This document shows, piece by piece, positions 18,364-27,529 of a stretch of 64,000 bases of DNA. Both the position numbers and the translations under genes were made by a program. Source of the stretch: a virus; the IMG/VR virus record IMGVR_UViG_3300020599_000003, positions 113,804 to 177,803 of that record. The stretch is one strand, 5' to 3'. Each line of letters starts with the position of its first letter. Position 1 is the stretch's first letter. The notes beneath the pieces are model-generated. The model was not told the origin of the DNA. It ran no database searches and worked only from the letters and a program-made list of their open reading frames with translations.

Positions 18364-19824
18364 TTAACCCCAATCGTCTTCGGAGGGGCGGCGCAGAGCC
18401 TTCTTGGCCGCCTTCTTCACCGGACGTTGCTGCTGTTGAGGAGGACGAGCAGCCTTCTTGACCGGACGCTGCTGTTGCTGCGGGCGCGTAGCCTTCTTCA
18501 CCGGGCGGCGTTGCGGGGCCGGTTCTTCCCAACCTTCGTCGCCACCTTCGGAACCGTCTTCCCACGGGGCGTCATCTTCACCGCCGGAGCCGTCATCCCA
18601 GCCCTCGTCACCACCTTCGGTGCCATCACCTTGGTCATCGGACCAGTCCTCGGTGCCGTCGCCGGATTCATCCCAGCCACCTTCGTCTCCACCCGACTCG
18701 TCCCAGCCACCTTCATCGCCGGAACCATCGTCGTAGCCACCGTCGCCGGATTCATCCCAGCCTTCGTCGCCACCTTCACTGGAGCCGTCATCCCAGCTTT
18801 CTTCCTGCGGTGCCGGGCGCGCAGCCTTCTTGGCCGGACGACGCTGCTGCGGAGCGGGTTCATCCCAGCCACCTTCATCGCCACTGCCGTACTCGTCCCA
18901 ACCTTCGCCGCCATCGTCACCACCTTCGTCCCAGCTCTCTTCCTGCGGAGCCGGGCGGGCAGCCTTCTTGACGGCTGCCTTCTTGACGGGGCGACGGCCA
19001 CGGCCCGGATTCTGGTCGTCATCGAAGCCGTCGTCACCGCCGCCAGCGTCGGCGAGGCCCATCTTTTCGGCCCAGCGGTCGTAGCTCTCGCGGATACGGT
19101 CCTCAGGTTCCGGGCGCTCCAGGTCGGACAGGTCCCAGGTCAGATACTTCAGCTGACGCTCGCTCAGCGGCATCCGCTCACCGGGCAGGATCTGATACTG
19201 GCTTGCCGCAGGCTTTTTCGGCGAGTGCTTGATGCGGATCGTCATACCGAACTTCGGATGCGCGATCGACATGGCCTTGGTTTCGCCAGTGTTCTTGTTG
19301 GTGACGATGTTGGTCTGGGCGATACCCTGGATCTGCTCCAGCATCGTGGAGGACAGACGCAGCACCTTGACCGGGGTCCAGGAGTCAGAGTCCTTTTCCT
19401 TGAAACCCGTTGCCAGTTCCTGCTCGGTCGGGCGCGGGATCCGCTCGGGGCGGCGTGCTTCTTCGTGCAGGATGATGGCGTTGCAGTAGCCATACTTCTG
19501 GATCTGGATCAGGCGAGCATCACGCTCGACGCCCTTCTCACCCTTACTGATCTCGAAGAACGGATCGAACACAGTGGTGTCGAACGACTGGCTTTCGGGG
19601 TCGTAGGACGGCGACGGCATGTAGAATTTGGTCGGGGAGCCGTCCTTCTTTTTGGTGGCAACCCAATAGCCCGCGTACATGAAGACGGGGCTGATGATCC
19701 GCACTGTGACGAACTTATCGGGCGGGAACTTGAACAGGTCGACCTGCTCTCGGATCGACGGGGATTTGTCGCCACCAGTGTTGGTGCGGACTTCACTGAA
19801 GTCGTGACCACGACGCTTGCTCAT
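18364..19824 (-). CDS. Single-stranded DNA-binding protein (gp32-like) with a very long acidic Gly/Trp tail
   Basis: Start MSKRRGHDF at 19824; FVTVRII...VKVLRL...GMTIRIKH...YQI OB-like core; adjacent to recA. Confidence 0.65.
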   Translation of the reverse strand: MSKRRGHDFSEVRTNTGGDKSPSIREQVDLFKFPPDKFVTVRIISPVFMYAGYWVATKKKDGSPTKFYMPSPSYDPESQSFDTTVFDPFFEISKGEKGVERDARLIQIQKYGYCNAIILHEEARRPERIPRPTEQELATGFKEKDSDSWTPVKVLRLSSTMLEQIQGIAQTNIVTNKNTGETKAMSIAHPKFGMTIRIKHSPKKPAASQYQILPGERMPLSERQLKYLTWDLSDLERPEPEDRIRESYDRWAEKMGLADAGGGDDGFDDDQNPGRGRRPVKKAAVKKAARPAPQEESWDEGGDDGGEGWDEYGSGDEGGWDEPAPQQRRPAKKAARPAPQEESWDDGSSEGGDEGWDESGDGGYDDGSGDEGGWDESGGDEGGWDESGDGTEDWSDDQGDGTEGGDEGWDDGSGGEDDAPWEDGSEGGDEGWEEPAPQRRPVKKATRPQQQQRPVKKAARPPQQQQRPVKKAAKKALRRPSEDDWG

Positions 19825-19906
19825 AGAGGTACTCCGGTATGGTAAGGGGGTTGGTTGCGTTCTTACGGGTCGTCTCCCTAGGGTGACTATCCTGCGCATT
19901 GGTTAT

Positions 19907-20230
19907 TTACTGCGTCTTGGCCGGTACGTGAGCGTCCAGCCATGCAGTAAGCTGGTTGAAGACCAGCGCCCCCACTTTGACCGAATCGGTCTTGCCATCG
20001 CGTAGGAGCACGAGGGTGGGGAGGCCGCGGACGTTGAACCGCTGGAGGAGCTCCGGGGCGGTGTCAACGTTCACCTTGACGATGCGGAGGTTGTCGCCGT
20101 AATGCTCTTCAGCCCGTTCCAGGACCGGAGTGAGCATACGGCAGGGGCCGCACCAATCGGCGAAGAAGTCCACCAGGACCAGAGGGGCTTTGGTGTCTTC
20201 TTCGAAGGTTTCTTGAGTGGAGAGGATCAT
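19907..20230 (-). CDS. trxA: Thioredoxin
   Basis: VDFFADWCGPCRML, KVNVD, VRGLPTL. Confidence 0.95.
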   Translation of the reverse strand: MILSTQETFEEDTKAPLVLVDFFADWCGPCRMLTPVLERAEEHYGDNLRIVKVNVDTAPELLQRFNVRGLPTLVLLRDGKTDSVKVGALVFNQLTAWLDAHVPAKTQ

Positions 20231-20595
20231 AGGGTCTTCGTGAGGCCATCTTCGCCGAAGCGTGACAGCGTGAGGGATACATTAGTGTTGAGTCGGCGCA
20301 TGACGTTGGGGAGGTCGGCGCTCGGCTCGCTGTTCGAGGCAATCACCCCGGTGATGTCGCGAACGTACAGCAATGCCTTGCGGTACGATTCGGCTTGATG
20401 GACGGCCCGCTCGTTGACGTGGTTCGCCATCTGGAGGGCGGTCATCTGCGGATCGAACGGACGGTCGGATTGTAGCATCTGCACCATCTGTTCCGCTTGA
20501 AGCGCGCGCTGCTTCCATGTGTCACGCTCGTCAAGGAGCATCTTAGACTCGAATGTCGCTGAGAGACCGGACAGTGTGGTGGGGATGTCAGTCAT
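20227..20595 (-). CDS. Hypothetical coiled-coil protein
   Basis: 122 aa; overlaps both neighbours. Confidence 0.7.
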   Translation of the reverse strand: MTDIPTTLSGLSATFESKMLLDERDTWKQRALQAEQMVQMLQSDRPFDPQMTALQMANHVNERAVHQAESYRKALLYVRDITGVIASNSEPSADLPNVMRRLNTNVSLTLSRFGEDGLTKTL

Positions 20596-21556
20596 GTGCT
20601 TTCAAGAGCTCCAGAAGTCGTAGATGGCGATAGCTGACGTGTTCAGCAATGCCGAGTGAGGCCCGCACGCAGCCGCGAGGGTCTACCTGCTTGGCAATGT
20701 AGGATAGGGACTGCATAGCTTCCATGTCGCGGTTGGCTTGCGTGCTGTACTGTGCGAACGCCGCTTCGCCGTGGTCTTCCACCTGCTGATCGTAGCTGGT
20801 TTCGGCAGATTCAGCAAAGACTTCGTCGAGAACCTTCGATCGAGCACCTCGCAGCCAATTCGTGATGAACGTAGTCAAGACTCCGTGACGAGAGTCGCAG
20901 CGGTCAATGGCCTTGTACAGCGTGATCATGAAGACATTGACGATTTCCCCGAGCTTGCGTCGATGGCGGGCAGTGACATAAGTCTTCTGCGCACCGTTGA
21001 GGGCAAGCAAGATGTACTTCTCGACAATGGCGTTCTTGAAGGCTGAAGCCTCACCCAGCCAATGCTTGGCTTCCAGGGTAGCACCATACAGATTGCCACA
21101 CTTCTTCACCTCGAGATTCGTTTCAACTTCACGCAGACGCAGAAGACGGGTGGATATCTCCAGCGGATCTCCTGACGGAGGGGATTCGTGCAGACGTCGG
21201 TACTCGTCCGTCAGATTCACGAACACGTTGAGGAAGGCGAACAGAATCCCTCGATTCAAATGGAGTTCCTTGGCGGCTGCTACACGATCCTTAGCGAGTA
21301 GCAGGTTCATGAACGCAACTGGCAACATATGCTTGTCGTCAGAGGTCATCTTGATCGGGCGAACCGCCTGCTGACCCACAACCTTCGCCACGTAGTTCAG
21401 GAACAGGTTGGGGCAAGTGTTGATTACAGGCCCGAGGGCCAGCCACAGGAAATGATCCAACGTCTTCAGATACTGCGCAGACGTGTAATTCGCTGTGATC
21501 TGCTCCTTCCTGTTCTTCAGAGCAGCGAAGGTGAGGTCATGTGTGTACGTTGCCAT
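20588..21556 (-). CDS. Phage sigma-70-like transcription factor
   Basis: LYKAIDRCDSRHGVLTTFITNWLRGA matches sigma region 2.3-2.4 (LMKAVDKFD..RG..FSTYA.WWIRQA). Confidence 0.7.
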   Translation of the reverse strand: MATYTHDLTFAALKNRKEQITANYTSAQYLKTLDHFLWLALGPVINTCPNLFLNYVAKVVGQQAVRPIKMTSDDKHMLPVAFMNLLLAKDRVAAAKELHLNRGILFAFLNVFVNLTDEYRRLHESPPSGDPLEISTRLLRLREVETNLEVKKCGNLYGATLEAKHWLGEASAFKNAIVEKYILLALNGAQKTYVTARHRRKLGEIVNVFMITLYKAIDRCDSRHGVLTTFITNWLRGARSKVLDEVFAESAETSYDQQVEDHGEAAFAQYSTQANRDMEAMQSLSYIAKQVDPRGCVRASLGIAEHVSYRHLRLLELLKAHD

Positions 21557-21560
21557 GTCC

Positions 21561-21983
21561 CTACGTCTTGGGGAGCTTGCTAGCGATCTTGAGATATAGT
21601 GCTACTAGATGCTTGCACAAAAATGGAAGATTCTTCGGGTTCGTGATCCGTGCAGGCTGACCATTGGAGTAGTAGATATCCGCCGCACCGTGCTTATGGT
21701 TGGCGAATTCTGCACGAAATGTATTGTCTAGGCACGAACATCCCACCTTGACGTTTAGCTTCTTGTCGATGAACACGATGGCCGAGACATACGTGTTGCG
21801 GTCCGACGCAGGTACTGGGACCAGGAAGCCATCCCGGTCGAGGCGTTTGATCGACGACGTGTGTGCGGCAACGAAGCCAGAACCGTCCGGCAGGTGGCCT
21901 GACTTCATGTCCTTGAGGCGTACAAACTGAGCGAGATACTTACGCTCGTCAGAAGTGCGACGATAGAGTTCCTGGATTTTCAT
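21561..21983 (-). CDS. SWIM-type zinc-finger protein
   Basis: GCSCLDN...LCKHLVALY. Confidence 0.7.
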   Translation of the reverse strand: MKIQELYRRTSDERKYLAQFVRLKDMKSGHLPDGSGFVAAHTSSIKRLDRDGFLVPVPASDRNTYVSAIVFIDKKLNVKVGCSCLDNTFRAEFANHKHGAADIYYSNGQPARITNPKNLPFLCKHLVALYLKIASKLPKT

Positions 21984-22085
21984 GGTGCAGCCCCGCTAGT
22001 GGTGAAGACCTAAAATTACGGTACTACGTGGATAACTAAAGTGGATCCAGGTTGGATCTCCACCCGACCGCTTACGTCTACCAGG

Positions 22086-22120
22086 AAAGCCCGGTTAGCA
22101 CCATGCTGACCGGGGCTTTT
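22086..22120. terminator. Terminator hairpin
   Basis: aaagcccggttagca/tgctgaccggggctttt. Confidence 0.65.
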
Positions 22121-22156
22121 CGTTTGTGGGTTGAATGCTAGAGATTCAACCGCCGT

Positions 22157-22855
22157 TTACCGCTCCACCGACACGACCATCGTCCCAAGTTTGGTGGATA
22201 GCTCGTCCGCGCTCTCGTAGACCGTCTTGTCGAACTCCTCCATGAAGGATTCGGGGAACTGGTCTTCCGTGAGGTCGAACTGCGCGGCCACGTTGGACAG
22301 GATGGCATTGCGGGTGAAGGTGTCGTCCAGGGCCAGCGGGTACGTAATGTCCATGCCGGACAACACTTCAACGACCGAGCAGATGGCGTCTGTGGTGACT
22401 GCCATGTCGAGGTACTCAATGTCTTCGTCGGTCAGGTCGCGCTCACGGACGGGATCGGCGACCATCTTACCTTCCACACCGGCGTTGATGCGGGCGCGAG
22501 TGCGTTCTTGGAGCGCAGCCATGGCCTGCTCGATGTAGATCAGGGCGCGCTCGTTGTAGTCGCTCGGATACGGGCCGCCCTGGAAGCAGTCGAGGCGATG
22601 CTTGCAGATGGCGAGCAGAGCTTCAACTGTCAGACCGTTGGGAGTGTCGTTCTCGACAGGACCTTGCTGGAAGGCGATCAGGAAGCGGTTGCCCACCAGA
22701 TTGGACGGGTGAACCGACGGCACGGTGGCTTGGTATAGATGGTACGCGCCGCCGGGGCCAGGCAGGTCGATGGCCTTGATGTCGATGAACTTGTCAGCCT
22801 TGGTCAGCTGGAAGGAGTCGACGATGGGGGATGCTGCGGAGGTGTATGCGCTCAT
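22157..22855 (-). CDS. Tad1-like immune-signal sponge fused to an acidic C-terminal domain
   Basis: Start MSAYTS at 22855; IAFQQGPVE...NGLTVEALL.I..HRL..FQ.G.Y....N..A...IE.A...LQERT..R...GVEG. Confidence 0.7.
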   Translation of the reverse strand: MSAYTSAASPIVDSFQLTKADKFIDIKAIDLPGPGGAYHLYQATVPSVHPSNLVGNRFLIAFQQGPVENDTPNGLTVEALLAICKHRLDCFQGGPYPSDYNERALIYIEQAMAALQERTRARINAGVEGKMVADPVRERDLTDEDIEYLDMAVTTDAICSVVEVLSGMDITYPLALDDTFTRNAILSNVAAQFDLTEDQFPESFMEEFDKTVYESADELSTKLGTMVVSVER

Positions 22856-23343
22856 TCGGTGCGCTCCTTGGTGTGTGCGGTTTCGTCGATGGCGGGCACA
22901 TCGTTGTCGTATTCGTCGATCAGCAGATCGATCAGTTCGAGAGCATGCGACAGGTCTTGGGTGCCCTTCCACGTGCAGAGCAGGGTGATGACCGACTGCG
23001 CATTGGTGCAGGCCGGGGGACCGCTGAGCGTCGACAGGAAGCGAGTCAGCGAAGCATTGACGCGGATCTCATCTACGAGATGGTGACCCAGATTCGCGTT
23101 CTGCGTGCTGATGCGGCCTTCGTTGTAGACCTCGATCAACTTGACGACGTAGTGACGTGCCTTGCTGAGGTCCTTGAAGGCAGACTCACCCTCCTTGTTG
23201 CCGAAACGAGACAGATACTTGGTTGCTGCGCCCTCCAAGTGGCGAAGGTGGAGGTCAGTTGCCATGTCCCAGTGATTGTAATCACCGCCCTTATAGTGAT
23301 CACCACCAACCTGCATTTCATTTGCTTTCATGAGAGTATCCAT
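22852..23343 (-). CDS. DUF3310/SaV-like (T7 gp1.7-like nucleotide kinase) protein
   Basis: QVGGDHYK...HWD...EGAATKYLSRFGNKEG...DLSKARHY. Confidence 0.75.
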   Translation of the reverse strand: MDTLMKANEMQVGGDHYKGGDYNHWDMATDLHLRHLEGAATKYLSRFGNKEGESAFKDLSKARHYVVKLIEVYNEGRISTQNANLGHHLVDEIRVNASLTRFLSTLSGPPACTNAQSVITLLCTWKGTQDLSHALELIDLLIDEYDNDVPAIDETAHTKERTE

Positions 23344-23347
23344 CTAG

Positions 23348-24397
23348 TTAAGTGTTCTTGATGTCTTTGTTGAGGCGGCGTTCCATCCACAGGCGAGCAG
23401 CAAGCAGCCAATCATTTTCGCACTGGTAAGCAGCGTTGAACGCCACCTTGGCTTCCAGGATTCGATTGTAAGCTGCGGCACGGTCTCCGCTCTTCCAGAG
23501 CGCATACGAATGGCGCATCGGCTCCGCCACGTAGCGAAACCAGGGTACGTCATTGAAGCCAATGTGCTCACACTGATCGTAGTGGCCGACCAGAGTCTGT
23601 ACCGCTTCTTCGAAATTCGGATAGTCTGCGCCCAGCGGGTGGGAAACTACCGACGAGTGATAGATGTCTGCAGAGGCTGCGTACTCGCTGGTCAGTTGGT
23701 ATTGACCATCGCCACCTTTCTCTACGAATCGCTTAGTGATGTCAAACTCAGTGTACAGGTGCAGATTGTTTGACACCTGATAGTAGGTACCGACAGGGAA
23801 ACCCACACGGTTCGCAACGTACTCGTGCAAGAATGAGAAATGCACGACGTTCGCGCCGTAGCAGCCCCAGACGATGTCGTTACTCCGGTTATAAACCGTC
23901 ATGTTCACCCGATCACGAAGGATCTCAAACAGAGCAATAAGGTTGCACGCCTTGTCCTTCGTGCTCTTGGTAAGGTCCTCATGGTCCCAGATCTGCACAA
24001 CGGCTTGGCGTGAGTTCGGGTCCTTCTTGAGGATCTGCACAACCTCGTTCAGCTGATCGTGCCCAAAGTGCTTGCGCCACCGATATCCGTAGGCAGCATT
24101 CTGAGTCTCGCCATCATCGCTGTAGGCGAGCATCTGCTTGGCGTAGAAGCCTACAGTGGCGATGTCATTGTTGCCAGCAAGCATCCACATTGCCTCCATC
24201 AGATGGAGGAATGGATTCGCATCACGGATGGGGTTGAACGACACACGCTGGAGGGGGTTGGTCCACACCGTCGTAACGGGCGTGGGGAATCGCAGGACAG
24301 GCCCGTTGCGACTGTCCATTGGAATGCCGTGCAGCAGAACTTGCTGCAATGCCTGAGCTAGTCCCTGGTCTGGATTGCACGCTTCGAGAATGCGCAT
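23348..24397 (-). CDS. Thymidylate synthase-family dUMP hydroxymethylase (5-hmdUMP synthase)
   Basis: RBS AGGAG then ATG 24397; NPFLHLMEAMWMLAG, YSDDG, AYGYRWR, SRQAVVQIWD, DKACN, RSNDIVWGCYGANVVHFS, SNNLHLY. Confidence 0.85.
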   Translation of the reverse strand: MRILEACNPDQGLAQALQQVLLHGIPMDSRNGPVLRFPTPVTTVWTNPLQRVSFNPIRDANPFLHLMEAMWMLAGNNDIATVGFYAKQMLAYSDDGETQNAAYGYRWRKHFGHDQLNEVVQILKKDPNSRQAVVQIWDHEDLTKSTKDKACNLIALFEILRDRVNMTVYNRSNDIVWGCYGANVVHFSFLHEYVANRVGFPVGTYYQVSNNLHLYTEFDITKRFVEKGGDGQYQLTSEYAASADIYHSSVVSHPLGADYPNFEEAVQTLVGHYDQCEHIGFNDVPWFRYVAEPMRHSYALWKSGDRAAAYNRILEAKVAFNAAYQCENDWLLAARLWMERRLNKDIKNT

Positions 24398-24423
24398 AAG
24401 TACTCCTAGTTTGTATGAGGCAT

Positions 24424-25350
24424 TTACTGCATATCCCACAGGCTGAGCTGATTGGCGTCATCGCCGGAGGCTTTGTAGCGGTTCTTCGACCGCCCCCCAG
24501 CCAGCAGGCGAGCCATCTTGCTCGTCTCACACAGGCAGTTCTGCAGATCATGTGCTTCCAGCTTGCGGTCGGCGAAGATGGCCTTCAGCCGGGCGTCGTT
24601 GCGGAGAGCCGTGGTATATACGTGGAAGGCTTCCAGCCACGTAGAAGGCTTGATATCCTTCGGCCGAACGTTCAGGACGTAGGAAAGGCCGCGTGTGGAG
24701 CCCGGACCCTGCGGAGCCCACGTGTCTTTGTCGGACCAGGTGCCCTTGACGATGTGCCGCAGGTCAGCGACGACTTGGCCCGCTATGAACGAGCCGAGAC
24801 CACGATACTGCATCAGGTTGTAGTGTGTCTGCTGCATGCTCGTGGTGTCGACCTCCTCATCGGAAATCGTGTTCCACATATCACGGAGGTTGTTCAGGAC
24901 CGCTTCCCACTTCGCTACTCCACCGCCACCCCCGTTGATGATGTAGACGCCGGTGAAGATTTGTTGCTTGGCCTTCGCCATCTGCGCGAGCTTGACGTGC
25001 AGGTTCTTGTAGTGGAAGCCGTCGTAGCCCTTGGGGTACAGCAGCCCCAGCGTCTCGGGGCGATTGATGAGGCGGGCCAGCGAAGCGCCTACGGCCATCT
25101 CGGACGGGGCGAGGCGGCGATTGGTGTAGAAGTTCTCGAGCAGCCAAATGCTGACCTTGTCATCCATGCGACGGACGTTGCACCAGCGCGTGTTCGCCAT
25201 CAACTCGTTCTTGGTCCACGGGGCAGGCTTTCCCATGGCGCGGTTGCGACGAATGTTCTCGCGCTCGATGATCCACTTAACAGAGACTTCGTAGTGCGGC
25301 TTGTAGATTTGGAATTGGCTCACGTAGAGCTCCTCTGTGCGGCGCGCCAT
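24424..25350 (-). CDS. aGPT-Pplase1-family DNA base hypermodification enzyme
   Basis: ERENIRR....GKPAPWT.N.LM...RWCNVRRMDD, GLGSFIAGQVVADL, GPGSTRGL, DLQNCLCETSK. Confidence 0.85.
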   Translation of the reverse strand: MARRTEELYVSQFQIYKPHYEVSVKWIIERENIRRNRAMGKPAPWTKNELMANTRWCNVRRMDDKVSIWLLENFYTNRRLAPSEMAVGASLARLINRPETLGLLYPKGYDGFHYKNLHVKLAQMAKAKQQIFTGVYIINGGGGGVAKWEAVLNNLRDMWNTISDEEVDTTSMQQTHYNLMQYRGLGSFIAGQVVADLRHIVKGTWSDKDTWAPQGPGSTRGLSYVLNVRPKDIKPSTWLEAFHVYTTALRNDARLKAIFADRKLEAHDLQNCLCETSKMARLLAGGRSKNRYKASGDDANQLSLWDMQ

Positions 25351-26312
25351 CCATCACGGCAGGCGTCCTGGATTGTTCGATTGGGTGCCCAGCCCCACGC
25401 GGACATCGCGAACGACGCATCGGCGACGACATAAGCCGGATCGCCAGCGCGAGGGTCGGTCAGCACGCAGGGTACAGACACCTTATTTACTTCCTCGAAG
25501 GTGTCGATGAGCTCCAGCACGGAGGTGCCTTCGTTGGTGCCCACGTTGACCGCACCGTGCAGGCGCTCCTTGGAGGACACCAGATACTCCAGCGCGCATA
25601 CGTGAGCCTCGGCGACGTCCATAACGTGGATGTAGTCGCGGACGCACGTACCATCCTTCGTGGTGTAGCGGTCTCCGAACACCTTGAGCTCGGTGCCACT
25701 GATCGCAGCGTTGATGATGCGCGGGAACAGGTTGCCCGGCGCACCCAGACCCTGGTCGGTGAGTAGGCCGGATTGGTGCCCACCGATGGGATTGAAGTAG
25801 CGCAGGCTGAGGCTGTTCAGGCTGGTGCAGTCGGCGAGGAACTGCTCCACCATCAGCTTGGTGCGACCATAAGGGCTGATCGGGCCGAGCGGCGAGGATT
25901 CGCTCAGTTTGGCCTTGTATACTGGCGGCGCGTACACTGCGGCGCTGCTACTGAAGATCAGGTTCTTGATGCCGTAGCGTTCCATGGCCTCGACGAGCGC
26001 AATGGACTGGGCCACGTTGTTCTGGTAGTAGCGCACCGGCTGTTCCACCGACTCCGGCACAGACTTATATCCGGCCAGATGGATGACCGCATCGACGCCG
26101 TTCAGTGCCGGAGTATGGTAGCCACGCAACGCCCCCACAGACATCTGCAGAAAGTGTTGGGCCGACACATCCAGCTGACCCAGCGCATGTAGCGTGTTCA
26201 GGGAGCTATTCGACAAGTCGTCCATGATGACGATCTCGTGCCTGGATTCACGGAGGGCCACGCAGACATGCGAGCCTATGTAGCCCAGGCCACCAGTGAC
26301 GAGAACCTTCAT
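25320..26312 (-). CDS. galE: UDP-glucose 4-epimerase
   Basis: TGGLGYIGSH, HLAGYKSVPESV, FSSSAAVY, PYGRTK, LRYFNPIG, DGTCVRDYIHVMD. Confidence 0.95.
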   Translation of the reverse strand: MKVLVTGGLGYIGSHVCVALRESRHEIVIMDDLSNSSLNTLHALGQLDVSAQHFLQMSVGALRGYHTPALNGVDAVIHLAGYKSVPESVEQPVRYYQNNVAQSIALVEAMERYGIKNLIFSSSAAVYAPPVYKAKLSESSPLGPISPYGRTKLMVEQFLADCTSLNSLSLRYFNPIGGHQSGLLTDQGLGAPGNLFPRIINAAISGTELKVFGDRYTTKDGTCVRDYIHVMDVAEAHVCALEYLVSSKERLHGAVNVGTNEGTSVLELIDTFEEVNKVSVPCVLTDPRAGDPAYVVADASFAMSAWGWAPNRTIQDACRDGWRAAQRSST

Positions 26313-27529
26313 ACCTTTCTCCAGTTCGCCAGCACCGCACGATTGATTTCAGTTGCCAGACCCTTGGCGTGCGGCTTGGGGCGCACAGCTTTCAGCTCCA
26401 CACGCACCGCCATGCCGCTGGTTACGAGTTGCTTCACGCGGGACAGGATGGGCTTGGGTTCGCCACACATCTTCTTGCCGTCGTGGTACAGGATGATTTC
26501 CTCGTTGTAGATTTCGAGGCGCGTGACGTCCGGGTGCGCTCCAGCCATCGTCTGGAACTTGCTCATGATGGCGGTAAGGTACTTCACCGCCAAGCCAGAC
26601 GAGAACGCTTCGTTGGGCTTGCCGAGCTTGGTCAGCATGGAGCGCGCGCTGGCGTACCATTCAGCCCACTGGAATTTGCCCAGGTCCCAGGTGTTGACCG
26701 GCTTCCAGGCGTGGCGGTTGATTCGACCGAGCTCGAAGCGTTTGTCCTGGTCCTTGCCCTTGGAGGTTGCGCCAGGGAACAACGTGACCAGCAGGGCGAT
26801 GGCTCGATTGTTCGTGAACTCGTTGCGGTACACGTTCATGCCGCCGCTCGACTTCTTCATGTCGAACTCGGCACTGAACGCCACGTCGTAAATGCGCACG
26901 AAGTTGGCTTCTTGCAGCGTCGTAAGGTTCGACATGAGGTCGATATACGCCACGTCTTGCAGCAGGCCGTGCCGTTCCATGAACGCGAAGTGGCGCACGA
27001 ACATGTCCGTCTTGTACCCGAAGATGCAGGCGTTCTTCGTGTTCTCGTGGACGTACAGACCCGTAGCGTGCTTACGCTCGGGCGTCATCAGGTCGTAGTT
27101 GTTGCGGCTGGCACCGGCAAAGCCAATGCCCGCGTAGTCCTTCCAGAGGGCCGGGAGCTTCTTCCAGACGGCGTTGAGTGCGGCTTGCCCAGCTTCAGTG
27201 CGCGTCGTCTTGTACTTGCCGTCGATCAATACCTGCAATGTGAGATCGTCATCGGCGAACAGGAATTGTTTGCAGCCGTTTTCCTGGAGCCACTTCGCCA
27301 TCAGGTAGCGCTTCGTGATCAGCTTGAGGTCGTCGTTGAAGCTCTTGATCAGGAGCGGCTTGATGCCGTCTTCCTTGAGACGGTCCTGGAGCGCAAGGCG
27401 TTCACTGGCGCAGGTGACCACGATGGTGTTGGAGATGATCTCCGGCGTGAGGTAACGCAGCGTCTTCTGGCGGTCGATGCGCCCACGCGTGAACAGGACG
27501 ACGTAGGTTTCTTTCGGGTTCAGCCGCAT
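26309..27529 (-). CDS. GT-A glycosyltransferase, TET-associated (TAGT/GREB1-like) type
   Basis: Start MRLNPK at 27529; FTRGRIDRQKTL, FLFADDDL, YIDL..NL, GGMN.YR. Confidence 0.7.
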   Translation of the reverse strand: MRLNPKETYVVLFTRGRIDRQKTLRYLTPEIISNTIVVTCASERLALQDRLKEDGIKPLLIKSFNDDLKLITKRYLMAKWLQENGCKQFLFADDDLTLQVLIDGKYKTTRTEAGQAALNAVWKKLPALWKDYAGIGFAGASRNNYDLMTPERKHATGLYVHENTKNACIFGYKTDMFVRHFAFMERHGLLQDVAYIDLMSNLTTLQEANFVRIYDVAFSAEFDMKKSSGGMNVYRNEFTNNRAIALLVTLFPGATSKGKDQDKRFELGRINRHAWKPVNTWDLGKFQWAEWYASARSMLTKLGKPNEAFSSGLAVKYLTAIMSKFQTMAGAHPDVTRLEIYNEEIILYHDGKKMCGEPKPILSRVKQLVTSGMAVRVELKAVRPKPHAKGLATEINRAVLANWRKV

